From NCBI RefSeq assembly GCF_018350175.1, contig NC_058368.1:234796001-234860000 (forward strand): a stretch of DNA of 64,000 nucleotides, read 5' to 3'. A program made the translations under genes and the position numbers. Under the pieces are notes generated by a model. It saw only the letters and a program-made list of their open reading frames with translations. It searched no databases and was not told where the DNA came from. Positions 25,373-38,528 of the stretch are shown piece after piece. The stretch is from Felis catus (taxonomy: Eukaryota). The number at the start of each line of letters is the position of its first letter. Within the stretch, counting starts at the first letter, position 1.

Positions 25373-26839
25373 TGTTAGGAAACTGTCCCTAACACTGATG
25401 TCACCTGAGACCTTTTCCTCTATGTGTCCAATTCCTGCCATTGGAATTTCTCTCCATAAAAATTTAAATACCCACAGGAAGTGCCCAGTAAATGGTGGGT
25501 CACAATGTTTAAGGATGCCAGCTGAGTCCATGGTGGGTGTGCAGCGGGACTCCGTATGGGCCTGGGGTTAATACAGGGGGGCAGTTCTGTCGGAAATCTG
25601 AAATACACAGTTGTTCACAATGTGGACGAAGAGCCCTGGGGATGGGCACACATGTAGGGGGTCCCTTGCTGCCAGCACTGAGGAGCTGGCGTTTATCATG
25701 AAAGGACTTTATGTATCTACAGGGCTCCAGGGCCTGAAGTGGGTCCTCCCCATCAATCACCTTCGGGTGGCAGATGGGGAAATGGGGACCAGGCAGGCTG
25801 GGAGCTCATGTAAGGTGGCCCACCCTGGGGCAGAGACAGAACCAGGACCCGCCCACCTCTCTCCGTGCCTGGGGCCACTGACACCTTTTGGTCTCAGTGC
25901 TGTGGCCTTGGGAACGTGGCTGTACAAAACGGTCAAGAAGAAATACCCTAGATCTATCCCATTCTAGCCAGGCGGGTGAGGGTTGGGGACATTCTGGTGG
26001 CTTTAGCTCTCTTTCCCTCTCTAATAGAGATGCTCTATTCTAGTGGGTTCCTTGGAAACAAGAGCCTAGTGCATCAGAATAGCACAGCAACATAGAGGAC
26101 GTGCTTACTTTCTAGCTGGGATCCAGGCCCTGGCCCTGGAAAAGCTTGATTTGACCTAATGAGGAGGGAGACGAACATACGCTCTCCCCCTCCCAAAGCA
26201 ACGGTGCGGCCCTGTTACAACCCAGGGAATGATCACCACCAGCCAGGAAGAATGTCTGGCAGTTGCTACGCCATCAACCTTGAAATTGCTCACAACCAAA
26301 GGGCGTGAACTGCAGAGATAAAGCTGTCTGGAAACACGCACGGCCCCACGGATGGCTGCCTATTTAAACTCGTTGCAATTTTTAATTCTTCTTCTTTTCT
26401 TTTAGCTGTGTGTTGTTCCTAGCTAAGTGATCTGGACGAGTGCCAGACGCAGCGCTGCTCTGGGGGGAAGCAGGAAAGGCCACGAACTAAATGCTGCTGT
26501 TTGCAAAAAGCTTGCTGTGACCTGCCGTGTGGGTGCTGGCTGATCGTCGACTGAGTCCTGACACTGGGGTGAAGCCAGCCAGGCCCTGGCAGTTGGGTTC
26601 TCAGATGCTCCAGCCCTGAGCGGAAGGCTGGGAAGTATTACGGCCGTGCGTCACCTGCACACAACGTGGAGGTGGGCACAACCATGGTGGAAAGTGGATG
26701 TGGGTTAGTTGAATCGTGGTAAACATCATGCCAGTAACCTGAGTCACTGGGCCGTCCTTCAGGCTGACCTCCTAGATGGATGCTCCTGTCCTCAGCAGAC
26801 CAAATGTCATCATATCTGAGGGGACTGCCCAACCTCACA

Positions 26840-27010
26840 CACCCCTCCCTTGGGCCCCTCACCAAGCTTGGTTTCTCTTAGCTCTTACTGTGCACGAACG
26901 ATCTATGATCTCTCCCCACTAGACTGTAAGTTCCTGAGAGGGGAACACCATGCCTGGTTATTCCCTGGAACATAGGTCATGCATAGTTGGTGCTTAACAA
27001 ATGAAGATTG
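26840..27010 (+). mobile_element. L2 3' end remnant
   Basis: tctccccactagactgtaagttcctgagagggg...catagttggtgcttaacaaatga is the typical L2 terminus. Confidence 0.75.
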
Positions 27011-27429
27011 GGTGAAGAACGCTCCAAGTCATGTACGAAACTCCCGATCCTGTCTTGGCTACCATCTTGTTCGGGTCACAGAAGCTCCTGTCTTCAATCC
27101 CCTGCTCCCCCGCAACTGTATGACCACACGTGTAGAGCAGGTATCACTTGGTAGAACACAGGTCCAGGATGTGAGACAGTTAGGTCTGGTAAGAGTATTC
27201 CATTCTGCTCCGCTCCTTATTTGGTATTTCCCAAGAAATGTCTCTGCAGTTTACAGCTGATGGCGCATGAATGTGGGGGTCTCTTAAGCTAAAAGGCTGA
27301 CGGGGTGGCGTCTCTCTGGTACTGGGCAGGTCCATTGTTTCTCTTGGTCCAGCTCAGGAGCATGGCCTCAAGCCAAGAAGCGAGCAGGCTCCTTGAGGAC
27401 AGAAGGCTAGAGAGACATAAGGTAACTCT

Positions 27430-27650
27430 AGTCCGTTTCTCCACCGCAGCACTATCGCCATTTTGAGCGGGTGACTCTGTGCTGTGGGACTGTCCTGTGT
27501 GTCGTACAAAGTGTAGCGGCATCCCCGGCCTCCACCAGAATGTGCTACTGGCAGCCGCCTCTCCCAAAGCAAATGAAGTGTCTCCAGATACTGTCCAGTG
27601 TCCCAGTGTCCCCTGGGGTAAAATAATGGCCGGCTGTGAACCAACACTTC
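27430..27650 (+). mobile_element. MER20 (hAT-Charlie) DNA transposon
   Basis: gcactatcgccattttg...tgtgggactgtcctgtgtgtcgta...gcggcatccccggcctccacc...gtctccagatactg...tgtcccctgggg. Confidence 0.85.
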
Positions 27651-29104
27651 AGTTATATGCATGAGTTAATGTTGATGGTGGGGTAGGGGTAGAGCCACTG
27701 AGCACCCTTCTTCCTGCCAATGCCCCCTATTTTGATGGGTCCAGCCCTCCTGCCAATGGGATTTTAAGAGCAAGAGTTAGGTTTGTCTTTGGTGATTTGA
27801 AAATATTTAATAGATTATTGTGATTCCTATATCAGAGCATTCTGGTTTTCTAAACTTTTTACAATTATTGTCCAAGCAACTTTCTTAGCCCAACTTGGGT
27901 CTGAGATGGTTAGCATGAGTGTGTCCATCATACGGATGGAAAAACCAAGTCCTGCAAGGGTCGAGAGGCAGTACTAAGGCTATGGCTCCAGGCTCCTATG
28001 GCACTGAGGTGGCTACAGCACCATAACGCAATCCTTCTAGAGCCTAGTTCCACAGAAACATTAACCTTGTTTGCTTCTTCATTTCTTCTTTAACATCTGC
28101 ATTATTTCATTGGAATCTCCTGCCAGCGATTTAATTATTATCCCCTTGTTGCTTCTACAGATTGGCTCCCTAATTAATAGCTGTGTTTCGGGAACACTGC
28201 CCCTGAAAAGGGTGTACCGAATCCAGGCCCCGCTGAAGGTTTGGATGGCATGCTTCTTCTATCCCTGAAATAAGCAATTGGATTCAACACGCCTGAATCT
28301 CAGAACGAGCTTGGGCAGAGAAAAGCCATTATCTTCAGGAAGGCTGCAGGTGCAGATGTGGGCTCGGGCAGGCGGAGCTGGACCCGGCCGGGAGAGGAGA
28401 CGGTTAACACAAAATCCATATGGAGACCTGGCGAGGTGTTCCAGCTGTTGTAGGTTGGCAGAGATTCACAGCCAGCAATGAGCGAAGAAGTTTGGGGCCC
28501 TCGTGGGGCTCCTCTGGAAGGGTGATGACGTCCCTGCCCAGCTTGGGGTTTTACGTGCATCTGTTCGATGGGCTGCATGGGCACTGCCGTTGCCAGGCCG
28601 GAAAACAGTAACCCAGGCTGAAAACGTAATAGAGCGCACCCTAGGAGAGAGGGTGATGGCTGGGTGTGAGAGCCACGGGGTTTTGCAACAGAGGAGAGGA
28701 GAGGGGAGCGCGTTGGAGACGGGAGAATGGATGATTGATGGCACATTAACGTATGCACCAAGCTGGGGTCGCTGTTCGGGAGTCCTTGGAAGCTGCCCAA
28801 CTGTGGCTCCCACTGAGAAGCCCCTCTGCCCCCCCTGCCACACTGGGGGGGGTGGGATGGGGAGGCTGGGTTTGGGGGGGAACTGCTGGCTCTGAGCGCG
28901 CTCCGCCCACGCACCAGGGCAGGCACCCGGCCCCGTGGCTCCCCCCCACCTTCAGTAACAGAGGCAGCTGCAGTGACCATCGTTTCTCAGGGACTGCTCA
29001 CACGGTGATGTTATTTCATAAACATAGCAGCCCTCGCTGGCTTTTAGGTTAGGCCGCAACGTTCTTGCCCCAAATGGGCCCTACTGGGGAGCACATCATG
29101 TCCT

Positions 29105-29225
29105 CTGGAGCGTTTCCTGAGGTTGCCGTAACAAAGTACTGCAGATGGGGTGACTTCAAACAACAGAAATGTATTCTGTCGCAGCTCGGGAGGCCGGCAG
29201 TCCCAACGTCACGGGGCCCGTCCCT
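29105..29225 (-). mobile_element. MLT1 LTR 3'-end fragment
   Basis: tttcctgaggttgccgtaacaaagtactgcagatggggtgacttcaaacaacagaaatgtattctgtcgcagctcgggaggc. Confidence 0.8.
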
Positions 29226-29744
29226 TCCGCCCTGCGCTGCTGAGGCCCGTGATGAAGAAGGGTGTGAACTGGTCCCTGTGAGGAAGGCCACTCAGTCTCC
29301 GTCGGTGACGGAGGAAGGGGAGACGGGAGAATGGCTCACAGCGATGCCGGGCCTCAGTGAGGGGACGGCCTGGCTGTCTCAGTCCCGGGCCCCTGGACGC
29401 TTTCCTCCAGGTCTTGAGGTTGACTTCCCATGACAGTCACTGAGTGTGTGCCCTGCGGAGGGGTTTCCAGAGTCTTGTCTCAGCGTCTGTCACAGGCGAT
29501 GGCGCCCAGGTGTGCTTGGGCCGGCTCTGTGGGCTGGGCTTCTTGAGCGGCTTTTCTCCTACAACGGTTGCCCCGCTTGACAGATGAGAAGACCAAGGCC
29601 CAGGGAGCTCAGGAAGTTTGCTCCAGCTCAGTGGCAGAGCTAGCAAGTAGGCGAGCCAGGATGCAGCAGCCCCAGGTGGTCAGCCCCTGAGCCCACTCTC
29701 CTCCCCTCCCCTCACACAGCCTCCAGCAAGGTGCAGGCGACTCT

Positions 29745-29890
29745 AGTGAGTGGATGTGCACCTGTGAGTGTGTCTGTGAGTGTGCACCTATGTGCGTGTC
29801 TGCGAGTGTACATGAGTCTGAGTGTGAGGCTGTGAGACTGTGCCTCTGTGAGTGAGTGTGCATCTGTGTGTGTGTCTGTGAGCGTGTCTT
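29745..29890. repeat. Degenerate (TG/TGAG) tract
   Basis: tgtgagtgtgtctgtgagtgtgcacc... Confidence 0.85.
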
Positions 29891-30584
29891 CTGAGTCTCT
29901 CCATTCCTGCAGTCGTAGGCCATATTTCACATAGAGAGTAGACAGTGAAGGCTGAATCAAAATTAAGTCATTATCGTATGAATGAGGCTAGTTCTATAAT
30001 TTATCATCGCCATAGATTTTCTATATTTCAAGTGAAGATAATAGAATTTTCTGCCTTAAGTATGAGATGGGAAATGTAAATCTTGGGTCGGGTGAAATGC
30101 ACTTGCTGAGGAATCTGGACAGGACGGGGGAAACCGCCATCTGTAGTCCCAGTGTTCCGCAGTTGTATTTTGGGTCTGGATGGAAGAAGATAATTTTGAA
30201 CCTTCGTACCTTCTCACTTCTCCTTGATGCTTCGGCTCCCAGGGTCCTGTGGCCTCAGACCACGGGGATGCCAATGCAGAGCAAGCATGGACTCATCAAG
30301 TTTCACCACAAATCCCACATCCCAGGAGCCCTTTTATAGTGTCTGTCTGCTGCCTCATGAGAGAAATCTCTCTCCACTCAGCCCCAACCTTATTTTCCTA
30401 AGTAGGTTTCTGTGAAAGAACTTTCCATGTGGTACTGTTCACAACATGAAGTGTAATAAATTGGACCACTTCTTTGTCCAAGAAATTAGCCTTTCAGTGT
30501 TGGCATTTAGAACATTAAGGGGAAGGCAAAACTTGTGAAGAGTTAAGAAAACACGGATTCTACTTGGATTGAAACTTTAAAAGG

Positions 30585-30960
30585 CCATGCAGTAGGGTGG
30601 TCCATGGGTGGGGTGACCCACGATTGGGGAGGTCCGTATGGTGGGGATTGTTCATGGAGCAGAGAGGTCCATGGGGTGGAGAGGCCCATGGGACGGAGGT
30701 GATCCATAGGTGGGGAGGCTCATGGGGTGGGGGTTATCCATGATTGGGGAGGTCCATATAGTAGAGGTTGTCCATGCAATAGAGAGGTCTATGGGGTGGG
30801 GAGGTCCATATGATGGGAGAAGTCCATGGAGAGGGGAGGTTCATGGGGTGGGGAGGTCTATATGGTGGGGAGGTCTATATGGTAGAGAGGTTGAGGTAGT
30901 GGAGAGGTCCATGGGTGGGGTGGCTTATGTGGTAAGAAGGCCGTGAGATGGGGTGATCCT
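30585..30960. repeat. Diverged G-rich minisatellite, ~18-bp unit gaggtccatggggtgggg
   Basis: Recurrent gaggtccat(g/a) every ~17-20 bp. Confidence 0.88.
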
Positions 30961-31423
30961 TTGCTGGCACTCTCTTTAATTCCCGATGTTTTCTAAAGCT
31001 CCAAGCGGGGAGTCATGGAAGAAGAAAGGGGTTTGGCAGGTGTTGGCTAGCATGTAAAAGGTGGGAGGGCAGAGTTGTCCTCTGTTTCCATTATCCTGGT
31101 CACCAAGGGACATATTTATTGACCGAGAAAGATGATCGGGGAAAATGGGAGCACTCGTCTTGCTCACTCTCAATCCAAATATAATTTATTAGGATTTATG
31201 ATAAATTAAAAACGCTAATAATATTTAAGATTAAGCATTAATTATTTACATAGTATATTATTAATTTGGAAATCTGGGGGAAAAACACATTTAGCCAAAA
31301 AACAAACAAGCAAGAAGAAAACCAAGAACAAAAAACCAAAAATCCACTGGAAATAATTGCCATTGACAGTCTGAAGTTTACTTTTCAAATGCTTTAGAAT
31401 GTTATAAAAAACATGAGACCTTC

Positions 31424-31460
31424 TTTATTTTATTTTATTTTATTTATTTTATTTTATTTT

Positions 31461-31504
<44 letters not shown>

Positions 31505-31683
31505 AGAGAGAGAGAGAGAGAGAGAGGTGGAGGGGGAGAGAGAGGGAGACACAGAATCTGAAGCAGGCTCCAGGCTCTGAGCTGTCAGCATAGAGCCTGA
31601 CATGGGGCTTGAACCCACGAACTGCAAGATCATGACCTGAGCCGAAGTCAGATGCTTAACCGACTGAGCCACACAGGTGCCCC
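31424..31683 (-). mobile_element. Can-SINE carrying a compound (TTTTA)n(TG)n(AG)n microsatellite
   Basis: Reverse SINE head ending gccacacaggtgcccc; (TG)n at ~31463-31503 adjacent to (AG)n. Confidence 0.95.
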
Positions 31684-31999
31684 AGGAAAGTATGAGAATT
31701 TCTGTTGACATCCCTCTTTGTAGATTTCATGTTAGTATTTATTTATAGCATATGTAACACATGACTACAGTAGTGCAAACACAAACACAACACACACATG
31801 TGCATTAGTGACACACGATCAAACACGTTTTCTCTATGTGGAATGTAAGCAAATAGTTTCTAAATACACAGTCTTGAAGAGGATTCAATTACATCATTAG
31901 ACCTGTTTTCTTTTAAAAAAAAATGATTATTTATGTATTTATTTTGAGAAGGGGAGGGGCAGGGAGAGAGAGAGAGAGAGAGGCCTAAGGTTTAGGCGG

Positions 32000-32145
32000 A
32001 GATTTGTCACATCACTTCCAAAACATTGTTTTGGATAGAATGAGTTATAGGCCAGCCCAGATTCATGGGGAAAAAACTACACAAGGGCGTGAATGTTGGG
32101 GAAGTGGTTGAACTGGGTTCATCTTTGGAGATGAGCTACCACAAC
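32000..32145 (-). mobile_element. Old MaLR LTR fragment (MLT1H-L group)
   Basis: gtcacatcacttcc...ggccagcccagattcatgggg...ctacacaagggcgtgaat...catctttggagatgagctaccaca. Confidence 0.65.
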
Positions 32146-33216
32146 TTGTAATCACTTGGATTTAAGGAAACAGTGATGAATTAAGCCTCCGAGGATGACC
32201 AGGGTGCATTTTACAGGAGGAAAACTGACAGGTATATCTGTGCTCTATATAATCATTTAATGGATGGCTTCCAGATGCAGTAAGATTGTTTGTAACTGAA
32301 TACCAGATTTTTATGATCAAAATGAAAAAGTGAATTAAGGATGTCTTGGCAATCTGCTTCTATTCCGGACGCTTGTCTTTTAGGTCACAAATGGAAGACA
32401 GATCTTGTTAGGATCTTCTGGGGCTGGGTTAGTGTTTTTCTCCCATTGACCTGTGAATACTTTGAAATATGTTCAGGGTGATTTATTGTTGTTTTGTTGC
32501 TGTCATGGATTCGTCCCATTTTTGACTTATGTCTGATTACCACCTACTAACTTTTAAGTCCATCCATGGGTTGCGGATAAAGTTGAGAAAGGGAAACCAT
32601 GAAATTCTGTTTTATTTGTGTATGCTACAGTCATCCGTGAGTAGAGCTGGGAATCTATGTAGTATTCTTCTCAGGGACCAGATCTATTGAGATAGTAACT
32701 GAGTGTAGACGGGCTGAGGAAGTTTCTAGAAGCCCCAACCATGCCTTTCTCGTTTGTACCCGAAGTGCGCACCATTTATGCACACCTCTATCAGCGTGGT
32801 CAGCCCACACAATGCTGGCAATCCATGCGCCAAGAGTGACCAGACTTCCTGCTTAAGGATGAGTTGACATATTGTAGTTCTTTTAAATTTCTGTTGAAAC
32901 GCTATCTGGAATGAGATCATTAATAACAGTGCTATTAGCTGGCGGAAAGTTCCACTTGAATGAAGATCTGAAGTGGTTGTCCAATGTGTTACATTCATTT
33001 ATCCATTTATTTTGCAGCCAGGAGACATTACTGTGACCTAGCAGAGGTCAGGCAGACACTGTGTTGGGTACAGAAGGGACAGCAGTGCAGCCCAGGGTTC
33101 AGAGAGGAGGCAGCTGTTAGACCCCTGGCCTTGGAGGAGAGCCACCTGGACAGGTGGACAGGGAGTGAGGTCTTAGGAGGAGCACAGGGGCCTACAGGGT
33201 ATTGCTTATTTTAGAG

Positions 33217-33305
33217 CAGGGAGTCAGCAGACTTTTTCTGCAAAGGGCCAGATAGTAAATAGTTGGGGCTTTGCGGACCACGAGTGTTACAACTGTCACC
33301 CCTCA
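33217..33305 (+). mobile_element. MER58A (hAT-Charlie) fragment
   Basis: cagggagtcagcagactttttctgcaaagggccagatagtaaatagttggggctttgcggacca. Confidence 0.85.
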
Positions 33306-34219
33306 GTGCTGACTTCTTGTACTCTGGTCCTTTCCTCTGTGTGTGTTGTAGTCTTTCCTTACTGACCATCTCCTTCGCCGGTATGGCTGACATGCCCTTT
33401 GACTTGGGTATGTGAGGGGCTTAAGTAACAGTGTCCCTTCCCCTCTGTGTTCTAGATTCATTGATAAATAGTCTCAGGCATCAGAAAGGGAAGCAAACAT
33501 ATTATTTAAGATAATGACAACTGCAGACATGTGTGCAGGGCTTGTAAAGGCCAGGCATTCTCCTCAGTTACACATCACAGCAATGCCATGAATCCCATGT
33601 TACCGATGGGAACACCAGGGCCTGGTGACCGCGTGGAGTAGATACGGTTATGGAACGCTTTTTGCCAATGGAGATACCTGGGTGTGCACAGGTGAGTGGC
33701 CCACACAAGGCTACACAGGTGCACTGGGAGAGCTATGGTGCAGAGTGATGCCAGGGTTCAAGGTCAGAGTGTGCCTTCCTCCCTTAACACTCCATTGCTC
33801 TGGCCCAGCCACCTATGGGCAGAGCACCTGGGGGAGGCTGTTCTCAAAAAACCAGCAGGGCATGTCCCGAGGTCGCTGGAGAAGAGAGGAGAATGCCGAT
33901 CTCTCTCAGGCATGCAGCTCTGGAAGAGTCCATGCTAAAGTGACAGGGTCAGGCATTGTAGTCACTACTCCAGATCAGCTGCTGGACAGGTCACCCTCAT
34001 TTGTGGGGACAAGTGAAGGGGAGAGAGTGAAGGGAAGCGTGAGTTCTCTCCTCTGTGGATGTGGAGAAATGGGGCTAATTAATGTCAATCATGGATGGTT
34101 CCCACTAGAGACCCATTTCTTGAGAGAGGTGTCTCTTTCACTCTACACCCATGTGGCAAGATTAAGATTGAACAGAGTCTACAATGACGTCGGATGGAAT
34201 AATGTCCAATGCCTTGGCA

Positions 34220-34524
34220 GGGGCACCCGGGTGACTCAGTGGGTTAAGACTCTTGATTTTGGCTCAGGTCATGATCTCACGGTTCTTGGGATTGAGTTCT
34301 GCATCAGGCTCTGTGCTGACAGCACAGGGCCTGCTTGGGGTTCTCTCTCTCCTTCTCTCTGCCCCTCCCCTACTCGTGTGCTCTCTCTCTCCCTCTCTCA
34401 AAATAAATAAATAAACTTAAAAAGGGGGGCGCCTGATTCTGACTCTTGATTGCAGCTTAGGTTGTGATCCAGGGTCGTGGGATCAAGCCCCACATCTGGT
34501 CTTGAGTGTAAAGCCTGCTTAAGA

Positions 34525-34559
<35 letters not shown>

Positions 34560-34684
34560 GGCACTTGGGAGGCTCAGTCAGTTGAGTGTCTGACTCTTGA
34601 TTTTGGCTCAGGTCATAATCTCGGAGCTTCATGGTTTTGAGCCCTGCATCAGGCTCTGTGCTAGCAGCATGGAGCCTGCTTGGG

Positions 34685-34726
<42 letters not shown>

Positions 34727-35098
34727 CCTCCCCTGCTCACTCTGTCTCTGTCTGTCTCAAAATAAATAAACTTTAAAAAATAGTTTTAAAAAATTCCCTC
34801 CCTCCCTCTCTCTCTTTCTCTCTCCACCCCTCTCCCCCATGTGCTCTCTGTCTAAAATAAAATTTTAAAAAATGTTAAAAAAAAAAAAAACCGGGTGCCT
34901 GAGTGGCTCAGTTAGTTAAGCATCTGACTTCTGCTCAGGTCATGATCTCACAGTTCATGGGATCAAGCCTCACATTGGGCTCTGTGCTGACAGCTCAGAG
35001 CCTGGAATCTGCTTTGGATTCTGTCTCCCTCTCTCTCTGCCCCTCCCCCTACTCACACTCTGCCTCTCTCTCTCAAAAATAAACATTAAAAAATAAAA
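34220..35098 (+). mobile_element. Cluster of four co-oriented Can-SINEs (34220-34422; 34424-34890 interrupted by 34559-34793; 34893-35098)
   Basis: Four SINE heads at ~34220, 34424, 34559 and 34893, with CT tracts and A tails. Confidence 0.92.
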
Positions 35099-37998
35099 AG
35101 ACACAAATGCTTAGAGCAGCATCGTTCATAATAGTAAAAACAAAACAAAAAAAATAAACAAACCAACCTCAGCAAGTGTCCCGTCTCTGAGATGTCACTC
35201 CCTGTGCTCAGACAACTGTGCTGTCATTGCCAGAAGATGCTCAGAGTCCCAGGCACAGGGGACAGAGGGTCATTAGGGAACTGCCCTTTCCAAATTTTAG
35301 CTTCCATTCGTGCTTTCTGAATTTTGAGCTGGGCTCCGCAAATGGTTCCCAACTATTTTCTCCTGATTTTATTTTCTTGTAGACGCTACAGCCCATAGTC
35401 AGAACAGGAAGTCTTGACTTCCATAGAATATTTCTAGTGGTACCAGGTCTTGTTAAACTTGGACACGCTTTTCACATCAAACACTTTATAAACCCGGCGT
35501 TGGGGAACAGGATCAAGGCAGGTAGTGTTGCAGAGGATTTAATTATTCTGTTCTGAGGTCGAAGGTTGTCCGTGAGATAGCTGAGTCCATGCGGATACGG
35601 GCTGCATTTGGAATTCTGCCGTAAATTCAAGAGTCATGCTTGCGATTTAAAAATACTCATTTTAATCCTTTTGTAACATAGCTCAAAGAGATCAGGAAAC
35701 AGAAGCATTTGGCATTTTAAGATGTGAGTCTGGCTTGTAGAGGCTTTTATTAAGGGTCTTTCAATACGGTTTCTGAGGATTCCGAAAACAGGCGACGGCT
35801 CTCCTGAGCGATGCGCTGTGTGTAGAACTCACGGAGGCATTGATGGACCAACCATGAGCCTGAAGCTGTAACAACCAACACCTGCCTTCCAATCACCTCC
35901 AGCCCATGGAGAGATAACACACAAGCAAAAGTTGGCAACGGCACGCCAGGTAGGTTACAGCAGATGCTGGCAAAACGTGGACACAATGCCAGCACGGCCC
36001 TGGCAGCCACCTTGGGCCTCGTGGGAGGACGGCAGGCGTAGAGCACGTACTTTTCTAGGGGCAGCCTGGTCATTCTCTGGCTGCAGTGACAGCTGACCCA
36101 CACCCAGTCAGACGTCCACGTGGTCCAGCTCTCCGGGGCAGGGAAGGCATCCGTACATGGGGGCCTGAGAAGCTTCTTCTTGGGCTTTTTCTTTCCCCAA
36201 GCGACTCATCCTTCCTTCTTTCCCCATGACGTTCGCGGTCCGTGGCTGATCTCCTCTGGACTACTTTTCACTTCCAGTGTGGGTTGTGGACCTTCCCTGA
36301 GGCTGGTGTCTCTGTGCGCTTATCAGAAACAAACACACAGCAAGGCTCTGAACCAAGGCAAAGCTTCCAGAATCAGGTGGTTCACGATTTATCCTGAAGG
36401 CCCTCTGACTTCCTGATTTTTTTAAAAGAAGGAAAGCAAATCCCTCCTGTTGGTTGGATGGAATGCCTGTGTGGTGTGTTGACCTTCCAGGCCTCTGTAA
36501 GGTGCCTGCTGTGGGTTCTGTGTTTGGATGTAACTCCCCGGTGCTGTGGGGGGGGAGGTGGGTTTCATCACCTGCCCCACTGTCAGAGTGAGCATGGCTC
36601 CCTGGAAACGGGGGTTCTGTCCATGGTTCCGGAGCTGTGGGTCAAGGGAAGGGAACATGGATGTTCTCACTGATACGACCAGATCTGTATGGGAAACGTT
36701 CCCATCCCTGACAACCTGCAGAAAGAACTTCATCTCGGAAGGGTAGACGTATTAGTTTCTTTGAAGGAAAACCGTACAGACTTTAAATTTCAATGTGATT
36801 CTTCAGAAGGATGGAATCTCCCCCCATTTTTTTTTGATGGCACACATTACGTGATCGATTGTACCACAAAACCAGCAATCTTGAAGACACTCGGGGAGAA
36901 AATTATAAAAAAGAAAAGTCTCTCAGAACATGAGCAAAATGATCCGTCAGCAGAACTTGACAGTTACTTTGTGGTGTCTTTTGTTCATCAACAGGATATT
37001 GTGCTTTAGAAATCAGTTACGCCCTGGCTGAGGTTTAGGCATATATTAAAGTAAATCAATGAAACTTCACTGGAGAGTGTCTTAATTGAACTTGGAAGCA
37101 AAGAACATATAAAGTTTGTAAGATATAGTAGGCAGTGTGTGTCTTTCAAGGCACCAGGTGTTACTTGCAAATATTCCCCTGCCTGGAGCTAAACAGCGCG
37201 CATGCAAATGTGGGTAATTTATCTAATAGAACAGTCGGACTAGAACAAGGCTGTCCATTTTGACGTAGCATGTGTGTCTGGGAGAAGACTTTCTGAAATG
37301 AATGCTAACCCACTCGCCGCTCCAAATTAGCCTTCTGCCTCTGCTCCAGAAGCTTTTCAATGGGCTGCACACAATCATGCAATTACAGTCGCCTGTCTTA
37401 ACACAACAGCATCGTCACCAGCTTTTGGGTGATGGCTTTTAATAGGAGTGGTGCAAGGGGCTGTTTTCACTCTCTTCACAGGGAACTCCTTATTTCTCAC
37501 GCGTGCCCATTTATAAATGTCTGTCACGGGGTTTCAAGCCATTTACCGCTTACGCACTTGCTAATTGTCCCTTAGTCCTCTGTGGTTTTGAGCTGCAGAC
37601 CCTTCACATCCATCTGTTCTAACTAAAATCTCTCCCATCCAATTGAAAGCCCCTCCGAATTACTTCCTGCCATTTCCCCCTAATTGTCACTGTGTGGAAA
37701 CCTGGCTATCCATTCGAGGTATCTTTGTATCTTGGCTATCTGTCAGAGATCTCTTTTTTTCTGACATTACAGAAATAAGTTTCGGTGCTAATCACTCGGG
37801 AGCCTAAGTAAGCACAGGCTGGAAACAAGGACCAATAACAAGACATTTTCTCATGGAGCTTGCATTTTAAAGGAGGCAGAAAACCAATAAATATATGAGT
37901 ATTTACAGTTCACTTGGCTTTCCTATGTAGGCACACATTGTATAGTAAACGTCCATATATGCATATAAATGACGTATATCATATATAACATCGTTTAA

Positions 37999-38528
37999 CC
38001 ATTGATCCTTGAACCACACTGGTTTGAATGGGACAGGCCCACTTACATACAGACTTTTTTCAATAACTACAGTACAGTGCTGTAAATATATGTCTTTTCC
38101 TTGTGATTTTCTTAATAACACTTTCTTTTCTCTAGCTTACTTTTTTAAAAATTTTTTTTAACGTTTATTTATTTTTGAGACAGAGAGAGACAGAGCGAGA
38201 CAGAGCATGAACGGGGGAGGGTCAGAGAGAGAGAGGGAGACACAGAATCCAAAACAGGTCCAGGCTCTGAGCTGTCAGCACAGAGCCCAACGCGGGGCTC
38301 GAACTCAGAGACCGCGAGATCATGACCTGAGCCGAAGTCGGACCCCCAACCGACGCAGCCACCCAGGCGCCCCTCTCTAGCTTACTTTATTTTCAGAACG
38401 CAATACTTTTTTTTTTTTTTTTTTTTTTACTGTATTCTTTTTCCTTTACGGTACTTACTTTTGGTTTGACTGTCGGGGGAGTTGGGGGGGTCAGTGGCTC
38501 TAACCCCTGTGTTGATCAGTGTCAACTG
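37999..38528 (+). mobile_element. Tigger2a-like (TcMar) non-autonomous DNA transposon, split by a SINE
   Basis: Left end cattgatccttgaaccacac, right end gtgttgatcagtgtcaactg followed by TA; internal tgattttcttaataacactttcttttctctagcttacttt. Confidence 0.8.
38144..38373 (-). mobile_element. Can-SINE inside the Tigger element
   Basis: Perfect TSD tctctagcttacttt (38129-38143 / 38374-38388). Confidence 0.96.

Noticed and set aside
28300..28980. 226-aa Pro/Ser/Gly-rich ORF
   Set aside because: Overlapping ORFs in several frames in GC-rich DNA; no protein family resemblance or exon structure
33625..34410. 261-aa ORF
   Set aside because: Non-ATG start, no recognisable domain, C-terminus is translated SINE sequence
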